Assembly (NCBI GenBank): GCA_017435185.1
Contig: JAFSFN010000012.1
Coordinates: 1-29,892 of the forward strand
Direction: 5' to 3'
Length of the DNA stretch: 29,892 nt
Source of the DNA: Clostridia bacterium
GTDB lineage: Bacteria; Bacillota; Clostridia; Christensenellales; CAG-138
Shown here piece by piece: positions 17,258 to 26,838 of the stretch. A program made the translations under genes and the position numbers. Under the pieces are notes generated by a model. It ran no database searches. It worked only from the letters and a program-made list of their open reading frames with translations, and was not told where the DNA came from. Positions within the stretch are counted from its first letter, which is position 1, and the number at the start of each line of letters is the position of its first letter.

Positions 17258-19054
17258 ATGGATATTACACTTCAAATACGAATGATAGAGCTTATTTCAC
17301 GCTTTTTGAAACAAGATAAAAGCGGTTTTCCTCTCTACGGCTATTCACTTCAAAAACCACCCTTCCCCATTGAAAAAGATGCTGATAAAAGCTCACATTT
17401 CAAGAGGGTCACGCCCGAATCACAAGGGCTTTCTTCGCTTGCCGTAAAGAAACTGATATCCGAAATCGAAAAAAACAACCGATGTTTCTCCGTTCACGGC
17501 ATAATGCTTCTGCGTCACGGCAATGTAATAGCCGAAAGCTACTGGGCGCCATATAAAGCCCATGTCCCTCATATGCTCTACTCCATGAGTAAGAGTTTCA
17601 CAAGCACGGCAATAGGTATGCTCGCAGACGAAGGTTTGCTTTCTCTCGATGAAAATCTGAACAACATATTCGAAGAATTTGCTCCAAAACAATCTCTGTT
17701 TTTTCCGTCTGCACCCATGGGTATAACGGTGCGTCAGCTCCTCACCATGAAAAGCGGTTCACGTTTCAACGAACTCGGCTCGGTACTTGACAGTGACTGG
17801 GTAAAGATGTTCATGGAATCTTCACTCAAATTTGAGCCCGGTGAAAAATTTGATTATAACTCACTCAACTCATATATGCTTGCAGCAATAATAAACAGAA
17901 AAACAGGGATGAGCGTAAGTGAATATCTAAGAACTCGTCTTTTTGAACCGCTCGGAATAGGAAGTTACGAGTGGGAAAAATGCCCAAAAGGTATAGAAAA
18001 AGGAGGCTGGGGTCTGTCTTTAACGCTTGAAGATGCCGCAAAGCTCGGTCAGCTTTACCTAAACGGCGGAAATTGGAACGGCAAGCAACTCATAAGCGAA
18101 AATTTCATAAAAGAAGCCACGCGTTCCCAAATTAAAACGCAAAACGAACAAGCAAGATACGGTTACGGCTATCATATTTGGACAGATGAACAGCATAGCT
18201 CATATCAATTTAACGGTGCTTTTGGCCAATATGTCATAGTCATTCCCGAATTTGATGCCGTTGCTGCCATTTTCAGCGGAAATGAAAGCCTTTTCTCCGA
18301 AAGCCAACTTCTTTCACTATTTCACGACTGTTTTGCGCTTTCATCCCCATTGCCGCTTGAAGAAGATGCCCTTGCATATAAAGAACTGCTTGACTTTTCT
18401 GCTTCCCTGCGTGTGCTTGACTCATTCTGCACAGACAGCAATGCCCTCATTCGTTCATATGAATGTGAATGCGGTACTTCTGCCGATGCTTTCGACAAAC
18501 TTGCAAACGCATTGTGCGATAAAGAGTACATTTTGACACGCAACACGGCAAGTGTTTTTCCTCAAACCATACAGGTCGTACATAACAACTATACAGACGG
18601 CATTGACATGATTTCTTTTCAAAAAGATTCCGACGATTTACTCGTATCATTCTACGAGCATACTGAGCGCAACACATTGAAAATCAATCGTGACGGAAGT
18701 TTCTCTTTCTCCCGCCCTGCGCTGAAAGGCGAAAGACAAATTGCAGGCACAAGAGGCGTTTGGACCAACGACGGCAAGACGCTTTTTATACTCTGCTCAT
18801 TCACTGAAACTCCCGATACCCGAATAATAAAGCTCTCACTCAAAGACGGAGGTATACTCTCCACCGTGTTCGACGAACTGCCCTCTATCGACGGAGCGGC
18901 AGCAATGGCTTTCAAACTCGTAGGTTTGTCGGAAAGAGCGTTTTTTCGCAGACTTATGAAGAATCTTAACTCAGAAAACGGCTCGGCCAATATTCGCAGT
19001 TTTCTGATGCCGTCGCCGTCAGGAACAGAAATAACTCACAACGAAGAAGAATGA
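17258..19054 (+). CDS. serine hydrolase of the beta-lactamase/class C-like (esterase/amidase) superfamily, cytoplasmic, with C-terminal extension
   Basis: SMSK (SxxK), TVRQLLTMKSG, PGEKFDYNS (YxS), GGWGL, NGAFGQY; no signal peptide; GGGAG RBS before ATG 17258. Confidence 0.85.
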   Translation: MDITLQIRMIELISRFLKQDKSGFPLYGYSLQKPPFPIEKDADKSSHFKRVTPESQGLSSLAVKKLISEIEKNNRCFSVHGIMLLRHGNVIAESYWAPYKAHVPHMLYSMSKSFTSTAIGMLADEGLLSLDENLNNIFEEFAPKQSLFFPSAPMGITVRQLLTMKSGSRFNELGSVLDSDWVKMFMESSLKFEPGEKFDYNSLNSYMLAAIINRKTGMSVSEYLRTRLFEPLGIGSYEWEKCPKGIEKGGWGLSLTLEDAAKLGQLYLNGGNWNGKQLISENFIKEATRSQIKTQNEQARYGYGYHIWTDEQHSSYQFNGAFGQYVIVIPEFDAVAAIFSGNESLFSESQLLSLFHDCFALSSPLPLEEDALAYKELLDFSASLRVLDSFCTDSNALIRSYECECGTSADAFDKLANALCDKEYILTRNTASVFPQTIQVVHNNYTDGIDMISFQKDSDDLLVSFYEHTERNTLKINRDGSFSFSRPALKGERQIAGTRGVWTNDGKTLFILCSFTETPDTRIIKLSLKDGGILSTVFDELPSIDGAAAMAFKLVGLSERAFFRRLMKNLNSENGSANIRSFLMPSPSGTEITHNEEE

Positions 19055-19078
19055 ACAAAAAGAATACAGAACACACAA

Positions 19079-19108
19079 AAAGTCGGCACGAAGATTCGCG
19101 CCGACTTT
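19079..19108. terminator. terminator hairpin between the convergent hydrolase and asnA
   Basis: AAAGTCGGC...GCCGACTTT arms with A-rich and T-rich flanks. Confidence 0.7.
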
Positions 19109-19130
19109 ATTCGTTTTTGCAATTTTGCAA

Positions 19131-20138
19131 TTATAAAATGTTAACTCCTGCTTCCTTGCATACAGTAAGCGTATGTTCATCCCAGACAGAAGACTGTACC
19201 TCGCCGATATGTGCCTTGCCCAAAAGGAGCATACACAAACGAGACTGACCTATACCGCCGCCTATGCTGAGCGGCAGTTCGCCGTTTAAGAGCATTTTAT
19301 GGAAAGGCATTTCGCGTCTGTTTTCACAGCCTGATTTTTTAAGCTGATTTTCAAGTGCTTCCTCATCTACTCTTATGCCCATGGAAGATATTTCAAAAGG
19401 ACAGTCGAGTACAGTATTATGAAACAGTATATCACCATTAAGTGTCCAATCATCATAATCGGGAGCGCGACCGTCATGGCGCTCACCGTTTGAGAGCTTA
19501 TCGCCTATTTGCATGAGGAATACCGTTTTGTACTCTCTTACAATGGCGGCTTCACGTTCTTTGGGCGTTTTATCGGGATAACGGTCAAGCAATTCCTGAG
19601 TGGTTATGAAATGTACATCGGGATTCAATTCGACATTTATATCCGGATAACGCACTTTGAGCATTTCAAGCGTCGAACAAATACAGCCCACAATAGCCCT
19701 TACAGTCGATTTAAGTGTTTCTTCATTGCGAGTTTCCTTTGTGATGACCTTTTCCCAGTCCCACTGATCGACATATACCGAATGAAGATTGTCGAGTTCT
19801 TCATCACGGCGTATTGCGTTCATATCGGTATACAGACCCTTGCCGGGATAGAAATCATAGTTATGCAACGCCATGCGTTTCCACTTTGCAAGCGAATGAA
19901 CGACCTGCGCATTTACGCCTGCGGCCGGAATATCAAATGATACAGCCCTTTCAAAGCCGTTAAGGTCATCGTTCAAACCTGACTCGGGAACAACAAAAAG
20001 AGGTGCGCTCACACGCTTGAGCCTCAGTGCTCTTGAAAGTGAATCCTGAAATGTACGCTTTATGAAACTTATCGCATCCTGCGTCTCATAAAGTGTCATA
20101 GTTGATTTATAACCCTCGGGAATTACAGTCTTTGTCAT
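19131..20138 (-). CDS. asnA: aspartate-ammonia ligase (asparagine synthetase A)
   Basis: GLNDDLNG.ERAV.F, VHSLAKWKRMAL, HSVYVDQWDWE, HDGRAPDYDDW, EISSMGIRV, SIGGGIGQSRL. Confidence 0.97.
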   Translation of the reverse strand: MTKTVIPEGYKSTMTLYETQDAISFIKRTFQDSLSRALRLKRVSAPLFVVPESGLNDDLNGFERAVSFDIPAAGVNAQVVHSLAKWKRMALHNYDFYPGKGLYTDMNAIRRDEELDNLHSVYVDQWDWEKVITKETRNEETLKSTVRAIVGCICSTLEMLKVRYPDINVELNPDVHFITTQELLDRYPDKTPKEREAAIVREYKTVFLMQIGDKLSNGERHDGRAPDYDDWTLNGDILFHNTVLDCPFEISSMGIRVDEEALENQLKKSGCENRREMPFHKMLLNGELPLSIGGGIGQSRLCMLLLGKAHIGEVQSSVWDEHTLTVCKEAGVNIL

Positions 20139-20170
20139 TTATTTGGCCCCTTTCTCAGTACCGATATTTA

Positions 20171-20602
20171 TCAGTGCTTGCACTGGCTCGGCCAAACTAT
20201 GTCAGCCGTCTTTACCTGCATTTTAATAAGCGGCTTACCGCTCTCGTCATTTTTTTCTCCGTTTGAAGCGAAACCGAAAGGAACAAGCAGTTTTTGTTCT
20301 TCTTCATCTGCCCACATATATATTTTAGTATTCTGCATCTGCTGCGTTTTGAAAAGAAGCATACGCAAAACAAGTTCATTATATATGGTCCCTGCATATT
20401 TCGGCATAAGCGTTATTCTTGAAATACACACATCGCCTGTCTGCATATCGGGACAAATGGTACCGACCGCTATCATCGAACCGTCATCTTTTTCCGTAAC
20501 AAAAAGCTGTACAGCATATTCATCCGACGGAAGCACCCGTATATTCACTTTTTCCAATGTACAGACAGCTTCACTGCCCATATACCATTTTGCTTCAAAC
20601 AT
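20171..20602 (-). CDS. GNAT-fold protein, divergent
   Basis: IAVGTI...ISRITLMPKYAG..Y.ELVLRML...LLVPFGF pattern fits the GNAT topology; acetyl-CoA motif degenerate. Confidence 0.6.
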   Translation of the reverse strand: MFEAKWYMGSEAVCTLEKVNIRVLPSDEYAVQLFVTEKDDGSMIAVGTICPDMQTGDVCISRITLMPKYAGTIYNELVLRMLLFKTQQMQNTKIYMWADEEEQKLLVPFGFASNGEKNDESGKPLIKMQVKTADIVWPSQCKH

Positions 20603-20658
20603 AATTTTTCTACCGCCGTATTTCGGTTTTATATAATCTATCCGGACTAATCTAATAT

Positions 20659-20687
20659 ATAGTAAACTGATTTTTCGTTTATGTAAA
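20659..20687 (-). promoter_or_regulatory. candidate promoter for GNAT-asnA
   Basis: Minus strand TTTACA-17 nt-TACTAT. Confidence 0.45.
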
Positions 20688-20720
20688 GATTTGAATTCGT
20701 CACCTTTTTATCATGTGCTG

Positions 20721-22079
20721 TTAACTTTCGTTATAAGCAGATGTTTTTACCGGGAACTCAACACGTATTTCCGTTCCGCACTCTATGCCGTCCTTTATCG
20801 TTATCACAGCATCATGACAAAGTGCAGCGTGCTTTACTATTGCAAGACCAAGACCCGTACCGCCTGTTTTTCTCGAATGGCTCTTGTCCACACGGAAAAA
20901 ACGTTCAAATATGCGTTCACGGTGTTCTTCAGGTATTCCGATGCCTGTATCAACAACTCTGAGTACCGCTTTGTCAAGGTCTCTGCGTACACTAACTGTA
21001 ACGAAACCGCCTTTTTTGTTATAGCGTATAGCATTGTCGCAGAGATTGTAAACTATCTCATAAAGCTGGGATTTATCGCCTCGCATCGTACAATGTTCAC
21101 CAACAAAACGAACCGTTATATCCATGCGCTTGGCATTTATCTCAAGACTCGACACTGCCTCCTGCGCTATTTCACACAAATCAAGCAGTTCAAACTGTTC
21201 CTCGCTTACCGTTTCTGCTATTTCATCAATCTCCGTAAGTTTAATGATATCGCCTATGAGTGTTATCATGCGGCCTGACTCGTCGTGTATATTCTTTGCA
21301 AACTGCTTTATATCCTCATCACGAGCCATGCCGTTTTCTATCATTTCAGCATAACCCGATATTGAAGTAAGCGGAGTCTTAAGTTCGTGTGATATATTTG
21401 CCGTAAACTCACGCCTTGTGCGTTCATTTTCACGGCGCTTTATATACTGTTCCCTCGCCGCATTTGCCACGCTTTCAAGTTCGTTCGGCACATTTGCATA
21501 TGGGTCATTTTCAAGAGTTTCGAGTTTTGCTGTAAGCCATTTTATTATATGTCGTGACATAAGCACAGACGCTGTCACAGCCATGGCAAGTATTATGGCT
21601 ATAACTATCAAAACCGGCACAATCGATTTTTTTAGCATCATAGCGGCAGGATTTATGTCTGTCGCCAGTCTGAGTATACGCCCGTCATCAAGTTTTTTCG
21701 CACAATAATATGTCTGCAGTCCCGTTATGTCGGATATGCGTTCTGCCATACTCAATTGTTCGGTTTGAGCAGATTGTATTTCAGGATATTCACTAAAATC
21801 ACAGCCCAATTCATGTTGCAGCAGTTCGTCACTTTCATACAGAACAATACCTTCGCCGCTTAACAGTGTAGCTCTGACCTCGGTATTTTTGAACATATCA
21901 AGAACACCCACATCGCCCCTATTTTCAAGCAGTGTCACCGATATATCAGTTTCACGCTTTAGTCCGTCTACAGCACCGTTTATAATAGACGAACTGAAAA
22001 TATGGAGCATGAGACAGAATGTGAGTATCAATGTCAGCACGCCCACTGTTATAAATTGGAGATTAAGTTTCTTTTTCAT
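20721..22079 (-). CDS. PhoR-like membrane sensor histidine kinase
   Basis: Two TM segments, H-box EFTANISHELKTPLTSISGY, N-box NLCDNAIRYN, DTGIGIP, FFRVDKSHSRKTGGTGLGLAIVKH. Confidence 0.93.
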   Translation of the reverse strand: MKKKLNLQFITVGVLTLILTFCLMLHIFSSSIINGAVDGLKRETDISVTLLENRGDVGVLDMFKNTEVRATLLSGEGIVLYESDELLQHELGCDFSEYPEIQSAQTEQLSMAERISDITGLQTYYCAKKLDDGRILRLATDINPAAMMLKKSIVPVLIVIAIILAMAVTASVLMSRHIIKWLTAKLETLENDPYANVPNELESVANAAREQYIKRRENERTRREFTANISHELKTPLTSISGYAEMIENGMARDEDIKQFAKNIHDESGRMITLIGDIIKLTEIDEIAETVSEEQFELLDLCEIAQEAVSSLEINAKRMDITVRFVGEHCTMRGDKSQLYEIVYNLCDNAIRYNKKGGFVTVSVRRDLDKAVLRVVDTGIGIPEEHRERIFERFFRVDKSHSRKTGGTGLGLAIVKHAALCHDAVITIKDGIECGTEIRVEFPVKTSAYNES

Positions 22080-22081
22080 GT

Positions 22082-22771
22082 TTACGCCTTGTTTTTCAAG
22101 CGATAACCGACATTCCTGACGGTTTCTATGTATATGCCGCCATTTCCGAGCTTTTTCCTCAGCGACTGCACGTGAACATCTATCGTTCTTGTTTCTCCTT
22201 TATAGTCAGTTCCCCAAACATTTTCCATGAGTTTCTCTCTTGAAAGCACGATTCCTCTGTTTATAAAGAGATATTTCAAAAGCTCATATTCTTTGAATGT
22301 GAGTTCGCAATATTGAGAATTTACGGTAACAGTTCGTGTTTTGTCATCCAAAACAAGCTCTCCCACAGAAAAAACATCGCCGCTTTCGTTTTTTTCGTCC
22401 TTGACGCCCGCCCGTCTTAGCACCGCCTTAACTCTTGATATGAACTCCATTATACCAAAAGGCTTATGTATATAATCATCCGCCCCCATATCAAGTCCGC
22501 TGACTGCATCTATCTCCGAGGTGCGAGCAGTGACCATTATCACCGGAATACCCTTAAGTCTTTGAGATGCTTTCATATGAGAAAGAATATCCATTCCGTC
22601 CATACCGGGAAGCATTATGTCAAGCACTGCCAATGTGGGCAGTTGTTTATCACACGCAGTAAAAAACTCATCGCTGTTTGAAAAGCCCGCCGTTTCAAAA
22701 CCGCTGCTTTTGAGCGCATATTCTTCCATGCGCAGTATGCTTTCATCATCTTCAACAATATATACGAGCAT
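22082..22771 (-). CDS. OmpR/PhoB-family response regulator
   Basis: IVEDD, VLDIMLPGMDG, GADDYIHKPF, wHTH with ETRTIDVHVQSLRKKL..IETVRNVGY. Confidence 0.95.
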   Translation of the reverse strand: MLVYIVEDDESILRMEEYALKSSGFETAGFSNSDEFFTACDKQLPTLAVLDIMLPGMDGMDILSHMKASQRLKGIPVIMVTARTSEIDAVSGLDMGADDYIHKPFGIMEFISRVKAVLRRAGVKDEKNESGDVFSVGELVLDDKTRTVTVNSQYCELTFKEYELLKYLFINRGIVLSREKLMENVWGTDYKGETRTIDVHVQSLRKKLGNGGIYIETVRNVGYRLKNKA

Positions 22772-22856
22772 ATTTACCTCTTCGTATCAGATTTTGCAGA
22801 TATTATAACTGTTATGTCTTTTTATCTCTTATACACTTTATAATCATAACAAAGCC

Positions 22857-22886
22857 TTGTCAATGATGTTAATTTAGAGATATAAT
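22857..22886 (+). promoter_or_regulatory. sigma-A promoter placing the transcription start at or near the pth ATG
   Basis: TTGTCA-18 nt-TATAAT, then only 6 nt (CACATT) before ATG 22893; no SD. Confidence 0.65.
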
Positions 22887-22892
22887 CACATT

Positions 22893-23480
22893 ATGTTTAT
22901 TATAGTAGGTTTGGGAAACCCTGGTCGTGAGTATGCATCCACAAGGCATAATGTAGGCTTCATGACGCTTGACATACTTGCACAGAGATGGGATATAGAT
23001 ATTCGCAAAAAGCACTGCCGTTCCCTTTTGGGTGACGGCCGTGTTGTCGGTGAGCGCATAATTTTAGCCGCTCCAACAACATTTATGAACAATTCGGGCG
23101 AAGCGGTCCGTGATCTTATGAATTTTTACAAGTGTGAACATGACAAGCTCATACTCATTTATGATGATGCTGATATAGATGCAGGTACCATACGCATACG
23201 CAGCGGCGGCAGTTCGGGAACACACAACGGCATGAGAAGTGTCATATACCAACTTGGTTTTGACGATTTTCCCCGTGTTCGTATCGGCATAGGCAAACCA
23301 CAGGCAGGGCGAGACATGATGTATCATGTTTTGGCATCTCCCACCGGCGAAGAAAAAGACAAACTCACTCAAGCGCTTTCAAACGCCGCCGACGCCGTAG
23401 AAATGATAGTAAACGGCAAACTCAGCGAAGCTTAGGCAAAATTCAATGTCAAGCATGCTAAAATCAAATCCGATAATTGA
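22893..23480 (+). CDS. pth: peptidyl-tRNA hydrolase; 180 aa if TAG 23433-23435 is a stop, 195 aa (TGA 23478-23480) if read through
   Basis: GLGNPG, TRHNVGF, FMNNSG, YDD, GTHNG, RVRIGIG. After the TAG the frame continues [14 protein letters not shown], completing the family's C-terminal helix motif. Confidence 0.93.
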
Positions 23481-26400
23481 TATATTGGGAAAATATCCCG
23501 AATATGAAAAGCTCCGCACCTCGCTTTATGAAGGTTCGGGGCCGTTTTCCGTGTTCGGGCTGGGCGAAGCACACAGAGCCCATATAATAGCTTCACTTTT
23601 TGAACAATCAAAAAAAACAATACTTGTCGTAACAGGTTCCGAAACCGCATCTGCCAAACTTCAAGAATCACTCGCCTCTTTCTTCGATGATGACTGTTGT
23701 CTTGTTTTTCCTGCAAGTGAGCTGTTGACACTCGCCAAAAGCTATGCACATTCTTCAACCATAGAAGCTCGACGTGCAAAAGTTTTGTCATGCCTCTATG
23801 CTCAAAAGCCCATCATCGTAATTGCTTCAGCCGAAGCAATGATACAAACCGTAATCTCTCCCGAAGAATTTGCCTGCAACACTCTAACGCTTGCAGTCGG
23901 CGACACTATACCGCCGTTAGAGCTCATGGAGAAACTGACAAAAGCCGGCTATGAAATGAGCGAAGTATGCGAGAGCTGCGGTCAGGCAGCACGCAGAGGC
24001 GGCTATATAGATGTTTTTCCCATAACAGCAGAAAACCCTGTCAGAATAGAGTTTTTTGATGATGAAATAGATACGCTCAGAGAATATGATGCCATCACAC
24101 AACGTTCAACGGAAAATATTGACAGCATATCAATATCTCCCATGCTGGGCACAGCAAACTCAAATTCAATTCTCAGGAACTATTTTCAAGACGATACTTA
24201 TATTATCATTGATGAACCTGCTCGCATCGAAGAAAGCGCCAAGGCAGCATATTCCATGTTCCTTGAAGCCGTTTCGGCACGTCTTGAGGCAAATTCTGCT
24301 GAGCCGCTTGATGAAAAGCTCGTAACATCACCGCTTTCAATGATAACCTCCCTCGATACAAAGCGAACGGTAATGTTCTTTGCGCTTACTCGTACATATT
24401 CACTTATATCGTCCAAAGGCATTTTCCGTTTTGAAACAAGGCCGGCAGTTCAGTATAAAAGTAATTTTGAAGCACTTGCCGCAGATCTTGAAAGTTGGCG
24501 CAGAAACGGTTATTCCGTAATAATATACGCAGGAAGTTACGCAGGGCATTTACAGGATGCACTCGCCGACATGGACATTTTCCTGCCCATCAGAGAAAAG
24601 ATGGACAGAGACATCGTAAGCGGCGAGCATATAATACTCTCCTCATCACTTCGCAGTGGATTTGAATATCCCGAAATAAAGCTGATAATACTGACCGAAT
24701 CCGAAATTTTCGGTACAGTTCGCAAAATATCGCACAGCAAGGCTAAAAAGCGTCCTCAGCTCGTGTTTTCCGAGCTTGAAGTCGGTGATTTTGTGGTGCA
24801 TGAACTTCACGGCATCGGCCGTTTTGAAGGTGTAACCACACTTGAAGTCGGCGGCATATCCAAGGACTATTTGAATATCGTTTATTCAGGTGGGGATAAG
24901 CTCTATATCCCCACGGACCAGCTCGACCGTGTTCAGAGATATATAGGCGGCAACCAAGATGCGCTCAAGCTGTCAAAACTCGGAAGCGGAGAATGGCAAA
25001 AAACCGTATCACGCACAAGAGAAAGTGTCAAAAAACTTGCATTCGACCTCGTTGAGCTTTACGGCGAACGCAGTCGTCAAAAAGGATTTGCGTTTTCAAA
25101 GGATACGCAATGGCAAGCTCGTCTTGAAGCATCATTCCCATACGAAGAGACACCCGACCAGCTCACCTGCATCGAAGAAATAAAGCAAGACATGGAAAGC
25201 ACTCGCCCCATGGACAGACTTCTTTGCGGCGATGTGGGATACGGCAAGACCGAAGTGGCTCTGCGTGCCGCATTCAAGGCAGTTATGGATTCAAAACAGG
25301 TAGCATTCCTTGTTCCTACCACCATTTTGGCACAACAGCATTACAACACGCTCAAGTCACGCTTTTCCACTTTTCCTGTCGAGATAGCACTGCTTTCACG
25401 CTTTACCTCTCCCGCCGAAGAGAAAAAGATATTGAGCGATTTGAAAAAAGGCATGATAGATGTCCTTATAGGCACTCACCGCCTGCTTTCAAAAGATGTG
25501 CAGTTCTCAGACCTGGGACTTCTCATAATAGACGAAGAACAGCGTTTCGGCGTCGGGCACAAGGAACAGATAAAAGAAATAAAAAAGAATGTCGATGTGC
25601 TCACGCTTTCCGCAACACCCATACCACGCACGCTCCATATGTCGATGACGGGCATCCGTGATATGTCGGTCATTGAAACACCACCCGAACAACGCCACCC
25701 TGTTCAAACATATGTAATGGAATACAGCGACGCTATAGTGCGTGAAGCAATATTGAAAGAAATAGGGCGCGGCGGTCAGGTCTATTTTGTTTACAACACA
25801 GTCAGAACGATGACCGCTTTCACTCAGCATCTGAGAAATCTTGTTCCCGAAGCAAGAATAGCATGGGCACACGGTCAAATGAGCGAAAAAGCACTCGAAA
25901 ATACAATGCTTGATTTTATGAACGGCGAAAGCGATGTGCTTGTTTGCAGTACCATAATCGAAAACGGTCTTGATATTTCAAATGTCAATACGATAATCGT
26001 ATATGACGCCGACCGTTTCGGTCTTTCACAGCTCTATCAGCTTCGCGGTCGTGTCGGTCGTTCTGCTCGGCTCGGTTATGCTTATCTCATGTTCCGTCGG
26101 GATAAAGTACTCACCGAAGTAGCCGAAAAGAGACTTTTGGCAATAAGCGAATTTACCGAGTTCGGCTCGGGATTCAAAATAGCAATGCGTGACCTTGAAA
26201 TACGAGGCGCAGGAAATCTGCTTGGCGCAGAACAATCGGGGCACATGGCGGCAGTAGGCTATGATTTGTACTGTAAGATAGTTGACAGTGCCGTTAAGGA
26301 AGCAAGCGGCAAGGAAGCGGAAAAAGAGATTGACACGACCGTGGAGATCCCCATCACCGCAAATATTCCGCACAGCTACATACCCCGGGAATCAGAACGA

Positions 26401-26787
26401 TTGTCAATGTATAAGCGCATAGCCATGATAGGCGGAAAAGACGACCTTTACGATGTGCAGGACGAACTTTTGGATCGCTACGGCGATATTCCCTCATCCG
26501 TCGGAAGTTTGCTCACAATAGCATTGATAAAGGCATACTCAAGCAAGGCACATATTACTTGCGTAACTGTAAAAGACGAAGAAGTTAAGCTGACAATGGA
26601 CTCAAAAGCCCCGCTTGACATAACAAAACTGCTTGACCTTGTTGCCAAAACCGACGGTGCCAAGCTCATACAGGGCGAATGTCCGTCACTCCTTATAAAG
26701 CAGAGACGCAAGACAGTTGCCATGTTTTGTTCATGGCTGCCACAGTTTGTTTACACGCTTTGTGATTGCATTGATGAATCATCATGA
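23446..26787 (+). CDS. mfd: transcription-repair coupling factor
   Basis: [85 protein letters not shown]. Confidence 0.98.
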   Translation: MSSMLKSNPIIDILGKYPEYEKLRTSLYEGSGPFSVFGLGEAHRAHIIASLFEQSKKTILVVTGSETASAKLQESLASFFDDDCCLVFPASELLTLAKSYAHSSTIEARRAKVLSCLYAQKPIIVIASAEAMIQTVISPEEFACNTLTLAVGDTIPPLELMEKLTKAGYEMSEVCESCGQAARRGGYIDVFPITAENPVRIEFFDDEIDTLREYDAITQRSTENIDSISISPMLGTANSNSILRNYFQDDTYIIIDEPARIEESAKAAYSMFLEAVSARLEANSAEPLDEKLVTSPLSMITSLDTKRTVMFFALTRTYSLISSKGIFRFETRPAVQYKSNFEALAADLESWRRNGYSVIIYAGSYAGHLQDALADMDIFLPIREKMDRDIVSGEHIILSSSLRSGFEYPEIKLIILTESEIFGTVRKISHSKAKKRPQLVFSELEVGDFVVHELHGIGRFEGVTTLEVGGISKDYLNIVYSGGDKLYIPTDQLDRVQRYIGGNQDALKLSKLGSGEWQKTVSRTRESVKKLAFDLVELYGERSRQKGFAFSKDTQWQARLEASFPYEETPDQLTCIEEIKQDMESTRPMDRLLCGDVGYGKTEVALRAAFKAVMDSKQVAFLVPTTILAQQHYNTLKSRFSTFPVEIALLSRFTSPAEEKKILSDLKKGMIDVLIGTHRLLSKDVQFSDLGLLIIDEEQRFGVGHKEQIKEIKKNVDVLTLSATPIPRTLHMSMTGIRDMSVIETPPEQRHPVQTYVMEYSDAIVREAILKEIGRGGQVYFVYNTVRTMTAFTQHLRNLVPEARIAWAHGQMSEKALENTMLDFMNGESDVLVCSTIIENGLDISNVNTIIVYDADRFGLSQLYQLRGRVGRSARLGYAYLMFRRDKVLTEVAEKRLLAISEFTEFGSGFKIAMRDLEIRGAGNLLGAEQSGHMAAVGYDLYCKIVDSAVKEASGKEAEKEIDTTVEIPITANIPHSYIPRESERLSMYKRIAMIGGKDDLYDVQDELLDRYGDIPSSVGSLLTIALIKAYSSKAHITCVTVKDEEVKLTMDSKAPLDITKLLDLVAKTDGAKLIQGECPSLLIKQRRKTVAMFCSWLPQFVYTLCDCIDESS

Positions 26788-26793
26788 TATAAT
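26766..26793 (+). promoter_or_regulatory. candidate promoter for prsA overlapping the mfd stop
   Basis: TTGCAT-16 nt-TATAAT with extended -10 TG. Confidence 0.55.
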
Positions 26794-26838
26794 GTAAAGA
26801 AGTTATTTTGGATAAAAATATAAGAAACGGAGAAAAAC

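Noticed and set aside
22825-22836. TCTCTTATACAC, a 12-nt match to the Tn5/Nextera mosaic end
   Set aside because: Flanks do not match (TTA.../...TTTA instead of CTG.../...ATCT), and it lies in an ordinary AT-rich promoter region with intact genes on both sides; likely chance.
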